From: a virus
Taxonomy: Duplodnaviria; Caudoviricetes
Direction: 5' to 3' (one strand)
Length of the DNA: 48,163 nucleotides
Virus record (IMG/VR): IMGVR_UViG_3300020716_000011
Coordinates: 1-48,163 of that record
This document shows positions 9,651-18,704 of this stretch, piece by piece. Under the pieces are notes generated by a model. That model did not search any database and was not told where the DNA came from. It was given only the letters and a program-made list of their open reading frames with translations. Made by a program: the position numbers and the translations under genes. Numbering within the stretch: position 1 is the first letter of the stretch; every line of letters begins with the position of its first letter.

Positions 9651-10151
9651 TTATGCTTTCTTGAGCCGGAAGCTGATCGACTGCCTCAGCTGGGCGGTAT
9701 CAATCAGGGGGCTGGATGAGCCTTTGAACGCGATGGTCATGGGGCTATTAGCGGGCCAGCGGCCATAGCCTGCCGAGGCAAAGGCCTGATCCACGACCTT
9801 AGTCGCGAGGATCCCTAGATTGCCGAGAACGGATTTGAAGCCTTTCTGCAGAAAATGGAGTCTCCAAGCCGTGGCTCCCTGCGCAGCAACTTCTTTGCCC
9901 AGCTCATAGGTAAGAGGATCGAAGAGGAACGAGCGGCGGGGAATGTTGTCATAGATGCGCCCGAACTCGTGAATCGCACCGATCTCTGCGTTTCCTGCTG
10001 GCTCACCGTGGGCGGCCATGCGGGTATCTTTCTGGCCCAGCACGCCGACTTGCACTCGCAGACTGGCGCACTCTTTCAAGTCGGCCTGTAGCATCTTTAG
10101 GCGAACAGTGTTCACCCGGATTCGGCCTACAGACTTTTTGATCGACTTCAC
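9651..10151 (-). CDS. Neck / tail completion protein
   Basis: AEIGAIHEFG...IPRRSFL...KGSSSPLIDTAQLRQSI motif. Confidence 0.8.
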   Translation of the reverse strand: MKSIKKSVGRIRVNTVRLKMLQADLKECASLRVQVGVLGQKDTRMAAHGEPAGNAEIGAIHEFGRIYDNIPRRSFLFDPLTYELGKEVAAQGATAWRLHFLQKGFKSVLGNLGILATKVVDQAFASAGYGRWPANSPMTIAFKGSSSPLIDTAQLRQSISFRLKKA

Positions 10152-10825
10152 GGGAGCGTGCGGCGGTACGAGGTGAAAACACCCCCGATGAGCAGAGGGC
10201 TGATGATCTGAAGATACAGCGCACCATACCGGGTTTTGCTATATGCGGCTAGCATCGGGTCTTTGGAGATGCGCTCGGGAATTTGAAAACTCTCCTGCAC
10301 GCTGCCCACGGCTTTCGAGGCGGTGAGCCAATTGTACTGGGAGGCTAGACCCTCGCCAGCGGCGAGGAGTTTTTCCACGAGATTGTGCGCTGCAAGGTAC
10401 AAGAATGCCCGAGAGAACTGTGCTTGCGAATCGAACAACGCTTGGCTCACGTTGTATTGGGCATCGAAAATGGCCCCGCTGATGTCGTTATCAGTGACGC
10501 GGGTCAGATCACTGTTGTCGCCCGCTCCGCCCGAAAGGGCGATCTGCGGGGCGGAGTAGCCGGAGCCACCTTGGACGACGGTAAAGCCCGTCACCAGCCC
10601 CTTGGCTACCGTGGCGGTCACCTGCGCTATTGCGCCGGTTGCATCCTTCACCGCGACGACAGGAGGCTCCTTGTAGCCCTGACCTCCGGAGAGGAGGTTG
10701 ACCTCCGTCAGCACCCCACCGCTGACAACCGCCGCACCCTGCGCACCCCAAGCGGGGACGGCATAGGGGAAGTCCCGAGGAAATTGGGACTTGAAGTTGT
10801 CAACGGTGGGGATGGAGTACGACAT
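10148..10825 (-). CDS. DUF4054-like head-tail adaptor with inserted GxGY-repeat domain
   Basis: FKSQFPRDF...LYLAAHNL...SKAVGSVQESF...TRYGALY motifs. Confidence 0.8.
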   Translation of the reverse strand: MSYSIPTVDNFKSQFPRDFPYAVPAWGAQGAAVVSGGVLTEVNLLSGGQGYKEPPVVAVKDATGAIAQVTATVAKGLVTGFTVVQGGSGYSAPQIALSGGAGDNSDLTRVTDNDISGAIFDAQYNVSQALFDSQAQFSRAFLYLAAHNLVEKLLAAGEGLASQYNWLTASKAVGSVQESFQIPERISKDPMLAAYSKTRYGALYLQIISPLLIGGVFTSYRRTLP

Positions 10826-10830
10826 GGCGA

Positions 10831-11196
10831 TCAGGCGAGCGGGTTGGTGCTACGCTTTTCAACCTTGGGCGGCTGCGGCTTGCCCGAGTTCTGGGTTTCC
10901 TGCAAGAGCCGCTCGAGGTTGGCGAGCCGCTGCTGCAGTTCTTTGTTTTCGCTCTCGAGTTCGGCCGTGCGCGGGTCGGGCTGCGCAGGAGCCGGAGCAG
11001 TGGTAGCCGGCATCTCGCTGCCGGGCACAACCTCCTGCCTCCCCATGTTGCGGAAGTCGCACCAGATCTTGGCGACATCAGCGGGCACGTCAAGAAACGC
11101 ACCGGGAGCGAGGCGGTAGTGGTCATGGGTGAACGTATGAAGACCGCGATTGAACACGCGGACGAGCTGAGCTTGGACTGGAGCTTGGGCTGACAT
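10831..11196 (-). CDS. Hypothetical head-associated protein with C-terminal coiled coil
   Basis: ORF between major capsid and adaptor genes. Confidence 0.6.
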   Translation of the reverse strand: MSAQAPVQAQLVRVFNRGLHTFTHDHYRLAPGAFLDVPADVAKIWCDFRNMGRQEVVPGSEMPATTAPAPAQPDPRTAELESENKELQQRLANLERLLQETQNSGKPQPPKVEKRSTNPLA

Positions 11197-11223
11197 AGTT
11201 TTTGGTTGGTTATGTTAGTGGGG

Positions 11224-11250
11224 AAAAAAGTGCCGGTTACGTTATCCGGC
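11224..11250 (-). terminator. Intrinsic terminator after major capsid gene
   Basis: Minus strand GCCGG-ATAACGTAA-CCGGC followed by ACTTTTTT. Confidence 0.65.
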
Positions 11251-11303
11251 GTCAGCAGCGCACCCCATGCCCTGCTGACCGTAGTCTGTCTGCTCCTAGC
11301 AGC

Positions 11304-12458
11304 TCAGAACTGGAACTTGAGCGTCTCCAGATTGCGGAAGGGGACGACGCCCGTGTACTGGCCGTAACCGACATCCTGGAACTCGAAGTTGTTCAGCGAG
11401 TTCGCCTGCGTGGTGGTGTAGTCCACCGGGATGTCCATGCGGAGGGACTTGGAGTCGTCCCGGTACAGCATGTAGATGTTCTTGTTGATGCCGCGCAGAC
11501 TGTTGTTGACCGACGCGTCCGCGTAGGCCAGCGGCATGATCTTGAAGTCCGGCTCCATGTGGCCGACCGCACGCTTGAAGGCTTCCTCAAGGTAGCTGAT
11601 CGTCGGAACCGGGTAAGTGCCCACCGTGCCGGGGGTCAGCTTCGGCAGGCCGAGCCAATCCTGGTACGGGATCACGAAGCGGTTCGGCAGCGCGGTGCTG
11701 TTCGTGTTGGCGAAGTACGCGCTGATGAGACCCTGCACGAAGGTGTCCAACTGGGAGGCCGACATGGACTTGATATACATCGTGATGAGGCTGGTGTTGA
11801 CCGTGATGTTGCTCAGGGTCAGCAGGCCGGGGATGCGGGTGTCGGTCTTGGAGCCGAGGAACGCCGTGAGCTGGATGCCGAGGTCCCAGTTCTCCTTGCG
11901 CGACTGGTGCTTGCCCATGATGGGGTCCCAGTTGTTGGCGCGGAGAGCCTGTTCGACATCGAAGATCGTGTAGGCGATGCCCTTGGCCCAGTTCTGGACG
12001 TACTGGTTGACACCGTCGATCGCGACGTCGGCCATCGAGAGACGAGCATCGGAGGCACCCGTGCGCAGGTTGCCGGCCTCGAAGTCCTCCGCGACCGAAT
12101 AGGTGCGGTTGGTCAGGAGGTTGGCAGCGAAGGCACCGTCACCCACGACCACCGGCATGTAATCGGCGGGGGCGACCTTGTAGAACTTCTGCTCGGAGAC
12201 CTGCTTTTTGATGTAGGTCAGCGTGTCGGTGACGATCTGGTAGCCCGTCGCGACATCAGCGGAATCGCCAACCGCGTTGAGGCGGGTGTCGAGACCGTTC
12301 TCGCGGTCGCCGTTCTTGAAGATCGAACGGGAACTCGTGCTGCCGAGGAACTCGGGCGCGAAGATCTCGTTGTTGCGGACGATCTCGCCCGCCTTGTAGT
12401 CGGGCTTGGCACCCTGACTGGTGAAGCGGCCAGTGCCGCGATAGAAAACGGAACGCAT
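11304..12458 (-). CDS. Major capsid protein (DUF2184-like, HK97 fold)
   Basis: 384 aa, strongly biased codons, follows protease and decoration genes; NWAKGIAYTIFDV, PGLL, GQYTGVVPFR patterns. Confidence 0.85.
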   Translation of the reverse strand: MRSVFYRGTGRFTSQGAKPDYKAGEIVRNNEIFAPEFLGSTSSRSIFKNGDRENGLDTRLNAVGDSADVATGYQIVTDTLTYIKKQVSEQKFYKVAPADYMPVVVGDGAFAANLLTNRTYSVAEDFEAGNLRTGASDARLSMADVAIDGVNQYVQNWAKGIAYTIFDVEQALRANNWDPIMGKHQSRKENWDLGIQLTAFLGSKTDTRIPGLLTLSNITVNTSLITMYIKSMSASQLDTFVQGLISAYFANTNSTALPNRFVIPYQDWLGLPKLTPGTVGTYPVPTISYLEEAFKRAVGHMEPDFKIMPLAYADASVNNSLRGINKNIYMLYRDDSKSLRMDIPVDYTTTQANSLNNFEFQDVGYGQYTGVVPFRNLETLKFQF

Positions 12459-12491
12459 GGTAGTGGTTTCCTTTTGGGTTGAGTTGTTGAA

Positions 12492-13004
12492 TTACGGAAC
12501 CGAAGTGACCACACCCGCAGCCGCATTGAGACCGGGGGCGATCTGGACCTTGATGAGCTGGCCAGCACCGGAAGCGGTGCCGAGCGCGACGCCCGTGATC
12601 CAGTGGGTCGCCGTGGTATCGGTGGCGATGGTCGGATCGTTCGTGGCGACGGTCTGGTTGGTGGTCACGACCAAATCGCCGCGATTAACCGCGCCGCTGG
12701 TCTCGAGCATCATCACGCCGCCGCGACCCACGACCTCGACGATGTCGCCGGGGACGTAGCTGTTCTTCCGCATGTTGTAGGCGATAACGCCGAACACCGG
12801 ATCGGTGAGCTCGGAGCACACATCCACCAGAATCTGGCCGGAGGCGGTCTGCGTGAGCTTGACGGTCTGGCCAGCCGTGATGACGGCGGCGGTGGAGCTG
12901 GGATCGATCTGCGCCGAAAACGTGTTCGGCTGCGGATCCATCGTGACCTGACCCAGCATCGGAGTCTGGAAGGTCTGGTTCTGATTCAGGCTAAGGTTGG
13001 ACAT
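12492..13004 (-). CDS. Capsid decoration / cement protein
   Basis: Small beta-rich protein between protease and capsid; ITGVALGTASGAGQLIKVQI. Confidence 0.75.
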   Translation of the reverse strand: MSNLSLNQNQTFQTPMLGQVTMDPQPNTFSAQIDPSSTAAVITAGQTVKLTQTASGQILVDVCSELTDPVFGVIAYNMRKNSYVPGDIVEVVGRGGVMMLETSGAVNRGDLVVTTNQTVATNDPTIATDTTATHWITGVALGTASGAGQLIKVQIAPGLNAAAGVVTSVP

Positions 13005-13028
13005 AGTAGGTTTCTCCTGAGTTTGGGT

Positions 13029-14168
13029 TTAGTTTTTACCGTGGCGAACAGATCCGTAGCGTTCGCGACCGCGGGCGATTTTGTCGGCTTCGGTCTCGGC
13101 ACTATTGGCCCGCTCGGTATTCGGGACAGGGGAATTGACGGGCGCAGTGGCGAGAACGCGGAAGAAGTCGGAGGGCTTGGGGCCGGCATTCTCATGCTTC
13201 TTGGCCTCTTCGTTCTCTTTCTTCTTTTTGTCTTCCTCTTCGTTCTTGCGCTTGGTCTCGTCGTATTCGTGGCAACGATTCATGTAGTCCTCGTCGGACT
13301 CACCCTCGTTGCGGACGACTTCGGGATGGGCCTCGCACTTGTGGCCGTAGGGCTTGAGGGAGTCGTTGTAGCGACTCACCAGCTCGCCGAGCGTGACGGT
13401 CTTGCCGGGAGCCACTTCGATAGTGGATTCCGGCGAGAGCTCCTCAGTCTCGGCAGAGGCGGCAGGGGCCGCATTGTAACGCGCCACCAGCTCCGCGACG
13501 GTCGCGGTTTTGCCGGGAGCAATTTCGATCAGAGCGTCGCCCTTGATCGAATTCTCGTGAGACGCGGGCGGGGTGCCCTCGTCCTTCTTGGGGGCCGGTG
13601 CAGCTTCATTGGAACGAGGCGCATCGACTTTTTTCTTGAACAGCTTGAACAGATTCACAGTGTTCTCCTTGGGTTGTTTTGAGTTAAGACGAATCGTTGC
13701 GCCTTCGTAGCGCGGATTCTCCACGATGGCGAGGTGTTCACCATCGAAGGCGGTAATTTCCCGTGCGTAGGGAATGGCGTGGTACGAGCCGGGCCGCTCG
13801 TCTGTGCCGGTAACATGGTAGCTGCAGGAGACACTCCAGCCGTACTGGATGAGGCTCTTGGCCTCGTCTCCGGTGATGATGCCCTCACAGTAGAACCAGC
13901 CGTCGGCGGGCTCATACCAGACGCGAGTGATGTAGCCCTCAGCCACGTTCTCCATCGTCTGGGGCGTCACCTTGCGGTGCTTGATGATGACCGGACGCCC
14001 GATGAAGGTGCTCATGTGGGCATCGATCGTCTCCTTCTTGAGCAGCTCCTTATCGCCGCCACCGTCTTCGTAGCTCACGATGCCGGGCTCCAGCCAGCGG
14101 CTGGTGAAGCGATTGCCCCACGTTTTAGCATTCTGGCGGGGAGAGGTATGGAGGGTAACGGTGCTCAT
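13029..14168 (-). CDS. Prohead protease / scaffold (DUF2213-like)
   Basis: GRPVIIKH...SVSCSY...EHLAIVENPRYEGA protease domain plus charged scaffold-like C-terminal half. Confidence 0.85.
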   Translation of the reverse strand: MSTVTLHTSPRQNAKTWGNRFTSRWLEPGIVSYEDGGGDKELLKKETIDAHMSTFIGRPVIIKHRKVTPQTMENVAEGYITRVWYEPADGWFYCEGIITGDEAKSLIQYGWSVSCSYHVTGTDERPGSYHAIPYAREITAFDGEHLAIVENPRYEGATIRLNSKQPKENTVNLFKLFKKKVDAPRSNEAAPAPKKDEGTPPASHENSIKGDALIEIAPGKTATVAELVARYNAAPAASAETEELSPESTIEVAPGKTVTLGELVSRYNDSLKPYGHKCEAHPEVVRNEGESDEDYMNRCHEYDETKRKNEEEDKKKKENEEAKKHENAGPKPSDFFRVLATAPVNSPVPNTERANSAETEADKIARGRERYGSVRHGKN

Positions 14169-15145
14169 GCGGAAACGAGATTGAGAATCGGTTGCGCTAC
14201 ACAGCGGCAGCGATAATCTTCACCGGGGTTGCCTCGACGTCCGGTCGCCCGGTCCACGATCGGCGGATTCATGAAGGAAAAGCGGCGACCGTTTAGAGCT
14301 TTGTGGTCGGGGCGCACGCGCTCATCGTTCGAGGTGCTCCAGATGTACTCCTGCACTCCGAGGCTCTCGTAGCGGTGCTGGCGGTACTTGCTCACCAGCA
14401 GGCCCGTCTCGTGATCCGCGAGGAACTCAGCCTTGCGCTGGGCGAAACCGAACTCTGCCTGCAACTTCTTGGCGAGAAGGTCCGTACGGCCTCCTCGCGC
14501 AAGGTTTTCTTCCACCATGTGCCGGAGCGTGGGCAGACGATCGGCTACGAAGCCCTTGATGCCCAACTCTAGATTTTCGGTGAGCTCCTCGGTCATGCGC
14601 TCGCGGTCGGACGCGGTGAACTCGACCGGCAGGCCCAGCCCCTCGACGATCTCGACGGAGCCATGGAACTGTTTCTCGAGGTCAGCAAAGATTCCCGCCA
14701 GCAGCGTCACTGGCAGCGCAGGCTCGGCTTTGGGGAGGTGCTCGCCGATAGCCGCCAGCGTAGAAAGCAGCGCAGTATGTATCTCCGTAGAGACAGAAAG
14801 GGCTTCCGCAATTGCGCCTCGTAGATAGTAAGGCAGGTGATCGTGCGCTAGGCGGAAGGTCTTGCTGCGGCTATCGAACTCGGCCCCAAGCTCTCGCAGC
14901 TCGCGGCTGATAGCGGCGTTGAACTGCCCCGCGAACTGGCCGTCCGTGTAAATTACGGTGCCCGCCTTCAGCGCGGCAATTAAGGCCGAGCCCGCGTCGT
15001 TCTCGCGGGTGGGGATTTCGTACTCCTTAAGCACTAGCAGAAGCGGCGTAAACACGGCCTCCCGCAGCCAATCAATCAGCTCACGCTCGAGCGCACGGTT
15101 ATACGCCGTGCGATGGAGGATGGGGCGGAGCACTTTCTCACTCAT
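14165..15145 (-). CDS. Head morphogenesis protein (SPP1 gp7 / Mu gpF family)
   Basis: YIWSTSNDERVRPDH...PGEDYRCRC motif. Confidence 0.92.
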   Translation of the reverse strand: MSEKVLRPILHRTAYNRALERELIDWLREAVFTPLLLVLKEYEIPTRENDAGSALIAALKAGTVIYTDGQFAGQFNAAISRELRELGAEFDSRSKTFRLAHDHLPYYLRGAIAEALSVSTEIHTALLSTLAAIGEHLPKAEPALPVTLLAGIFADLEKQFHGSVEIVEGLGLPVEFTASDRERMTEELTENLELGIKGFVADRLPTLRHMVEENLARGGRTDLLAKKLQAEFGFAQRKAEFLADHETGLLVSKYRQHRYESLGVQEYIWSTSNDERVRPDHKALNGRRFSFMNPPIVDRATGRRGNPGEDYRCRCVAQPILNLVSA

Positions 15146-16748
15146 GGCTAGTGCCCCCCTGCGTCGGGATCTTCACCGGAGTCTTGCTGCGGGGTTTGGT
15201 GGACGGGACGGGTTTCCCACCGTCCGTCCCGCCACCCATTCCCGCCTGCTGCATGGACATGGCATCCACATCGCGCAGGCCTTGCTCAACCTCCGTCTCA
15301 CACCCCACCAGCAACTCCTCCTTGCGGAGCGATTCGCTGGCTTCCTGACCGGTGAGCAGGCCAGTAGAAAATTGCTGTATAATCCGGTTCTGCTTGGAGG
15401 TCTTGACCGACTCCTGCTCGACGCCGTCGAGAATATCGAGCGGCTTCCAGACCACCTCCAAGTCCTCCGGGATAAAGCCGAACATCTGCTGGCAGCGGAG
15501 CTCCGCCGCCTCGAGCACGACGGGGGTGCAGATCTCACGCACGCACTCCACCATCGAATTGTAGTTATCGAGGCTGTCCTTGCCGGAGCTGAACCCGCCC
15601 GCCGACTCACCAAACAGTTTGTTCTTGGGGAACTTGAGGTATGCGCAGAGATCGGTGCGGAGACCCTCCTTAATCTCGGCGAGCCCAGAGAACGAGAGCT
15701 GCTTCTGGTTGTAGTCGTCCTCGGCGTCCATCGAGAGCGCGTTCTGGTAGTTCTTGAGCTGGTTAGCCAGCGTAATGCGTCGCTGAATTTTCTGGGTGCC
15801 GGTGTCCGTGGCGAGGCTGGTGTTGAGCCCCTTAATCTTGTAGATGTCCACCTTGGCCTCGTCCAGCAGCTCGAACAAGAGGTTCTCGAACTTGATATAG
15901 GCGTTGACGGCCCGGATGCACTCCTCGAGGATGCTCATCCCCCAGCCTTGCAGCCGGAGGCGGATGTAGCTGGGAGCCTCGGACCAGATAACTATGGTCA
16001 CCCGGCTGCGGTGCAGCGGCAGACCATAGTAGTTGAACGGAGTCTCGTTCCGCTCATCGAAGATGTTCAGCTGGGACAGAATCAATTCCCAGCGGTCAGC
16101 GGCGACGAAGGCCAGCGGCGAATCCTCCTTGATCTTGCTGGGATCCAGCTCCTGCCGGAAGTCCTGATCGGTGTTGATGATGAGGCCCGCGCCACCGTAC
16201 AGTCGCGCCCACTTGGCCACGTACTTACAGGCATCGAGGTCCGAGTTGCCGTAATTGTACCCCGCGTTGACATTCACCTTGGTCATCGCGGTCAGCCGCT
16301 GCCGCTGGTACTTATGTTTCCGCTTGAAGCAGCTGGTCAGCCGCTTGACGTCCTTCTCGTCGAGCTCGTTCGACCGGAAACTCACGCCACCCCGGAAGGC
16401 ATCCTCTACGGGCTGGTCCACCACCGTGCGCAGCAGCCCCTGCGTCATGTACGAGTACGAGAGCAGGATGCGGTTCAGCGAAATCGGCACGTAGCTGTTG
16501 GCGTTCGCTAGAGTGAACGGCATCGACTGCGTGTTCTGGTCGTACGGCACGCCCGTAAACTGCCCCGTAAAAAAGAGGCCGTCCAGCAGCCCGGCCATGC
16601 CGGAGGCATTATCGCGACGGGAATCCAGCTCCTTCTTGATGGAATCCAGCTCGGACCGGAACTGCGTGCGCACCTCTTCTCCCATCTGCGCAATCACCTG
16701 ACGGCGCGAGGGGAGCTTGAGGGTCGGTTCGGAAGCGGTCTGTGCCAT
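15138..16748 (-). CDS. Portal protein (DUF1073-like)
   Basis: VVDQPVEDAFR, WARLYGGA, WGMSIL, KLFGESAGGF motifs; after terminase. Confidence 0.9.
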   Translation of the reverse strand: MAQTASEPTLKLPSRRQVIAQMGEEVRTQFRSELDSIKKELDSRRDNASGMAGLLDGLFFTGQFTGVPYDQNTQSMPFTLANANSYVPISLNRILLSYSYMTQGLLRTVVDQPVEDAFRGGVSFRSNELDEKDVKRLTSCFKRKHKYQRQRLTAMTKVNVNAGYNYGNSDLDACKYVAKWARLYGGAGLIINTDQDFRQELDPSKIKEDSPLAFVAADRWELILSQLNIFDERNETPFNYYGLPLHRSRVTIVIWSEAPSYIRLRLQGWGMSILEECIRAVNAYIKFENLLFELLDEAKVDIYKIKGLNTSLATDTGTQKIQRRITLANQLKNYQNALSMDAEDDYNQKQLSFSGLAEIKEGLRTDLCAYLKFPKNKLFGESAGGFSSGKDSLDNYNSMVECVREICTPVVLEAAELRCQQMFGFIPEDLEVVWKPLDILDGVEQESVKTSKQNRIIQQFSTGLLTGQEASESLRKEELLVGCETEVEQGLRDVDAMSMQQAGMGGGTDGGKPVPSTKPRSKTPVKIPTQGGTSHE

Positions 16749-16758
16749 AACAGACCCG

Positions 16759-16788
16759 CTTCTACAGAACTCAGCGCAAGCTGTAAAG
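16759..16788 (-). promoter_or_regulatory. Putative promoter before portal (TTTACA-N17-TAGAAG)
   Basis: Member of recurrent intergenic CTTTAC motif. Confidence 0.5.
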
Positions 16789-16803
16789 GTATACCCCTCT
16801 GGT

Positions 16804-18234
16804 TTAGGAGTTTACTTCCTTGGCCCGGAGTCCGATTGGTCGCAGCATCCCGGGTTTCTTCTCCGGGCCGAGAACATCGAGTATGCTCAGGGAGCTGCCG
16901 AGGAGGTTGGAGATGCCATCGGCCCACGAGTCAACAATGTCGTCGTGGCGGGAGAGTCCATCCGCACGAAATGTAACCAGCTCCAGCTCCACCTCGCCGC
17001 GCCAAGGGGACTCCTTGGGGTGGTACACCATTCCCGTCTTGGCGAAGGCAAGAATATCCATTACTCTGGCCACCTTATCCTTCACCCTCTTAATGCCCTC
17101 GGCGGGAATGCCCATCACGTGCAGCTGCTGAATCAGGCCCGGCCCTGCCGCCGCCTCCTCGATAATGAAGCGGGCTACGGGGTACTGCTGGGAGTTGTGC
17201 TTCACGTAGAAGGCATGCGCCGCCGCGAGCAGACTCGGGGAGTCCATGCGGTCGCGCAGGTGGTCTATCAGGTACGCCTTGCGGTCCAGCCTGCCCCAGA
17301 GCTGCAGCACGCTCCAATCGTTATGTTGCTTACTCTGTAGCGCGGTATCGCAGGTGATGATCTTCTCCTCCCACTTGAAGGACTCGGGGTCGGCAGTATA
17401 GTGGCGGAACCACTCCGTCTTGATCAGGTTGCCGCCTAACAGCACGGGCTCCTGCATGTACTGCGCATTGAACGCGAAGGGATTCACCCGTTCCGTGGCC
17501 TTCAGCGAGGCCGTGCTCACCGTCTCCGGGATAATGCTCTCGCCGTTCACTAGGGCGGGAATCTTCACGTGCTCGACGTCGTTCGGGTAGTTGGTCAGGA
17601 TGTACCCCGAGAGATCGTCCTCGGCCAGCCGCTGCATGCAGAGGATGATGGGCACCTCGGGACTGTTGCGCCGGGACTTCAGCGTGTTCTCCAGCCAGAA
17701 GGTGGTCGTCTCCTGAATGACGCGGGAGGTGGCCTCGTCGGGCTTAGTGGGGTCGTCGATGACGATGAAGCCGCCCGCCTTGCGCTTCAGTCCCGCGCCG
17801 AAGCCCGTGATCGAGCCGCCCGTGCCCGCGCCGTACACTACGCCGCCTGCCGTCGTGTTGAAGTTATCGGCCTGTTGCACGTTGCCCGGCTTCGTGCCCG
17901 GAAAAAGCTGCTGGTACCAGTCGCGGCTAATGCACTCCCGGATGTAGCGGACGGAGGCTGTAGCCAGCGCGGCGGAGTAGCTCGTGTAGATCATGTGGCT
18001 CTCCGGGAAAAAGGCCAGCTGCCAAGCGGCCAACGCCTCCATCATCTTCGTCTTGCCGAAGCGGGGCGGGATGTTGATGATGACGAAGCTCTTGCCCAGC
18101 TGGCCGAGCGCGGCCTTCTGGAGAATATCGGCAACACGGAGGTGCTCCGGCTTGATGACGATGCTGATCCGGTTGAGCTTTACAAAGGCGACGAAGAACT
18201 GCCGAAACGAGAGGAAGTCACGCGAGGACGTCAT
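16804..18234 (-). CDS. terL: Terminase large subunit
   Basis: Walker A PPRFGKT, Walker B IVIDDP, nuclease motifs ITCDTA and HDDIVD. Confidence 0.95.
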   Translation of the reverse strand: MTSSRDFLSFRQFFVAFVKLNRISIVIKPEHLRVADILQKAALGQLGKSFVIINIPPRFGKTKMMEALAAWQLAFFPESHMIYTSYSAALATASVRYIRECISRDWYQQLFPGTKPGNVQQADNFNTTAGGVVYGAGTGGSITGFGAGLKRKAGGFIVIDDPTKPDEATSRVIQETTTFWLENTLKSRRNSPEVPIILCMQRLAEDDLSGYILTNYPNDVEHVKIPALVNGESIIPETVSTASLKATERVNPFAFNAQYMQEPVLLGGNLIKTEWFRHYTADPESFKWEEKIITCDTALQSKQHNDWSVLQLWGRLDRKAYLIDHLRDRMDSPSLLAAAHAFYVKHNSQQYPVARFIIEEAAAGPGLIQQLHVMGIPAEGIKRVKDKVARVMDILAFAKTGMVYHPKESPWRGEVELELVTFRADGLSRHDDIVDSWADGISNLLGSSLSILDVLGPEKKPGMLRPIGLRAKEVNS

Positions 18235-18664
18235 CGGCGGGGGTGGCTACGGTCTCGAGCGCGGGCTGCAGCTCATCGGGCGGGACACCGTCGGCCACCG
18301 CCGTGAGGATCTTGATTTTCTCCTCCAGCGAGAGCTGCGGCTGGCCTGCGGAGGAGAGCGGATCTCCGGGGCCGGAGATTACGCCCATCACCTGCGGCGG
18401 CTTGCCCCAGCCGCGATTCAGCAGCTCCTTAGCGGCTTCCATGCTGACGGAGGGATCGCGGGAGCGCATGTGGAACACCAGAGTCTCGATCGCCTCGACG
18501 GTATGTTTCCGCGCCGTAGCCACGATCGTCTCCTTCGGAGCCTTGGGGTTGCGCAAGGCGGGGTCGTCGAATTCCCATGGGCGCGACGAGAAGATCGGCT
18601 TCCGCGTAGAAGGGTCTCCGGGTTCAAGGGAACGGGTGCGAGGATTGGAAGCTGGGGTCGGCAT
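18218..18664 (-). CDS. terS: Terminase small subunit (putative)
   Basis: ARKHTVEAIETL...AAKELLNRGWGKPPQ pattern; immediately upstream of terL; start chosen at ATG 18664. Confidence 0.7.
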   Translation of the reverse strand: MPTPASNPRTRSLEPGDPSTRKPIFSSRPWEFDDPALRNPKAPKETIVATARKHTVEAIETLVFHMRSRDPSVSMEAAKELLNRGWGKPPQVMGVISGPGDPLSSAGQPQLSLEEKIKILTAVADGVPPDELQPALETVATPADDVLA

Positions 18665-18675
18665 TGGATGGGGCG

Positions 18676-18704
18676 AGGCTACCCGGCTTTTTAGGACTGT
18701 AAAG
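18676..18704 (-). promoter_or_regulatory. Putative late-arm promoter (TTTACA-N16-TAGCCT)
   Basis: Recurrent CTTTAC motif just upstream of terS. Confidence 0.5.

Noticed and set aside
11202-12482. 426-aa plus-strand ORF
   Set aside because: Antisense shadow of the codon-biased major capsid gene; no recognisable motifs
14958-16511. 517-aa plus-strand ORF
   Set aside because: Antisense shadow of the portal gene
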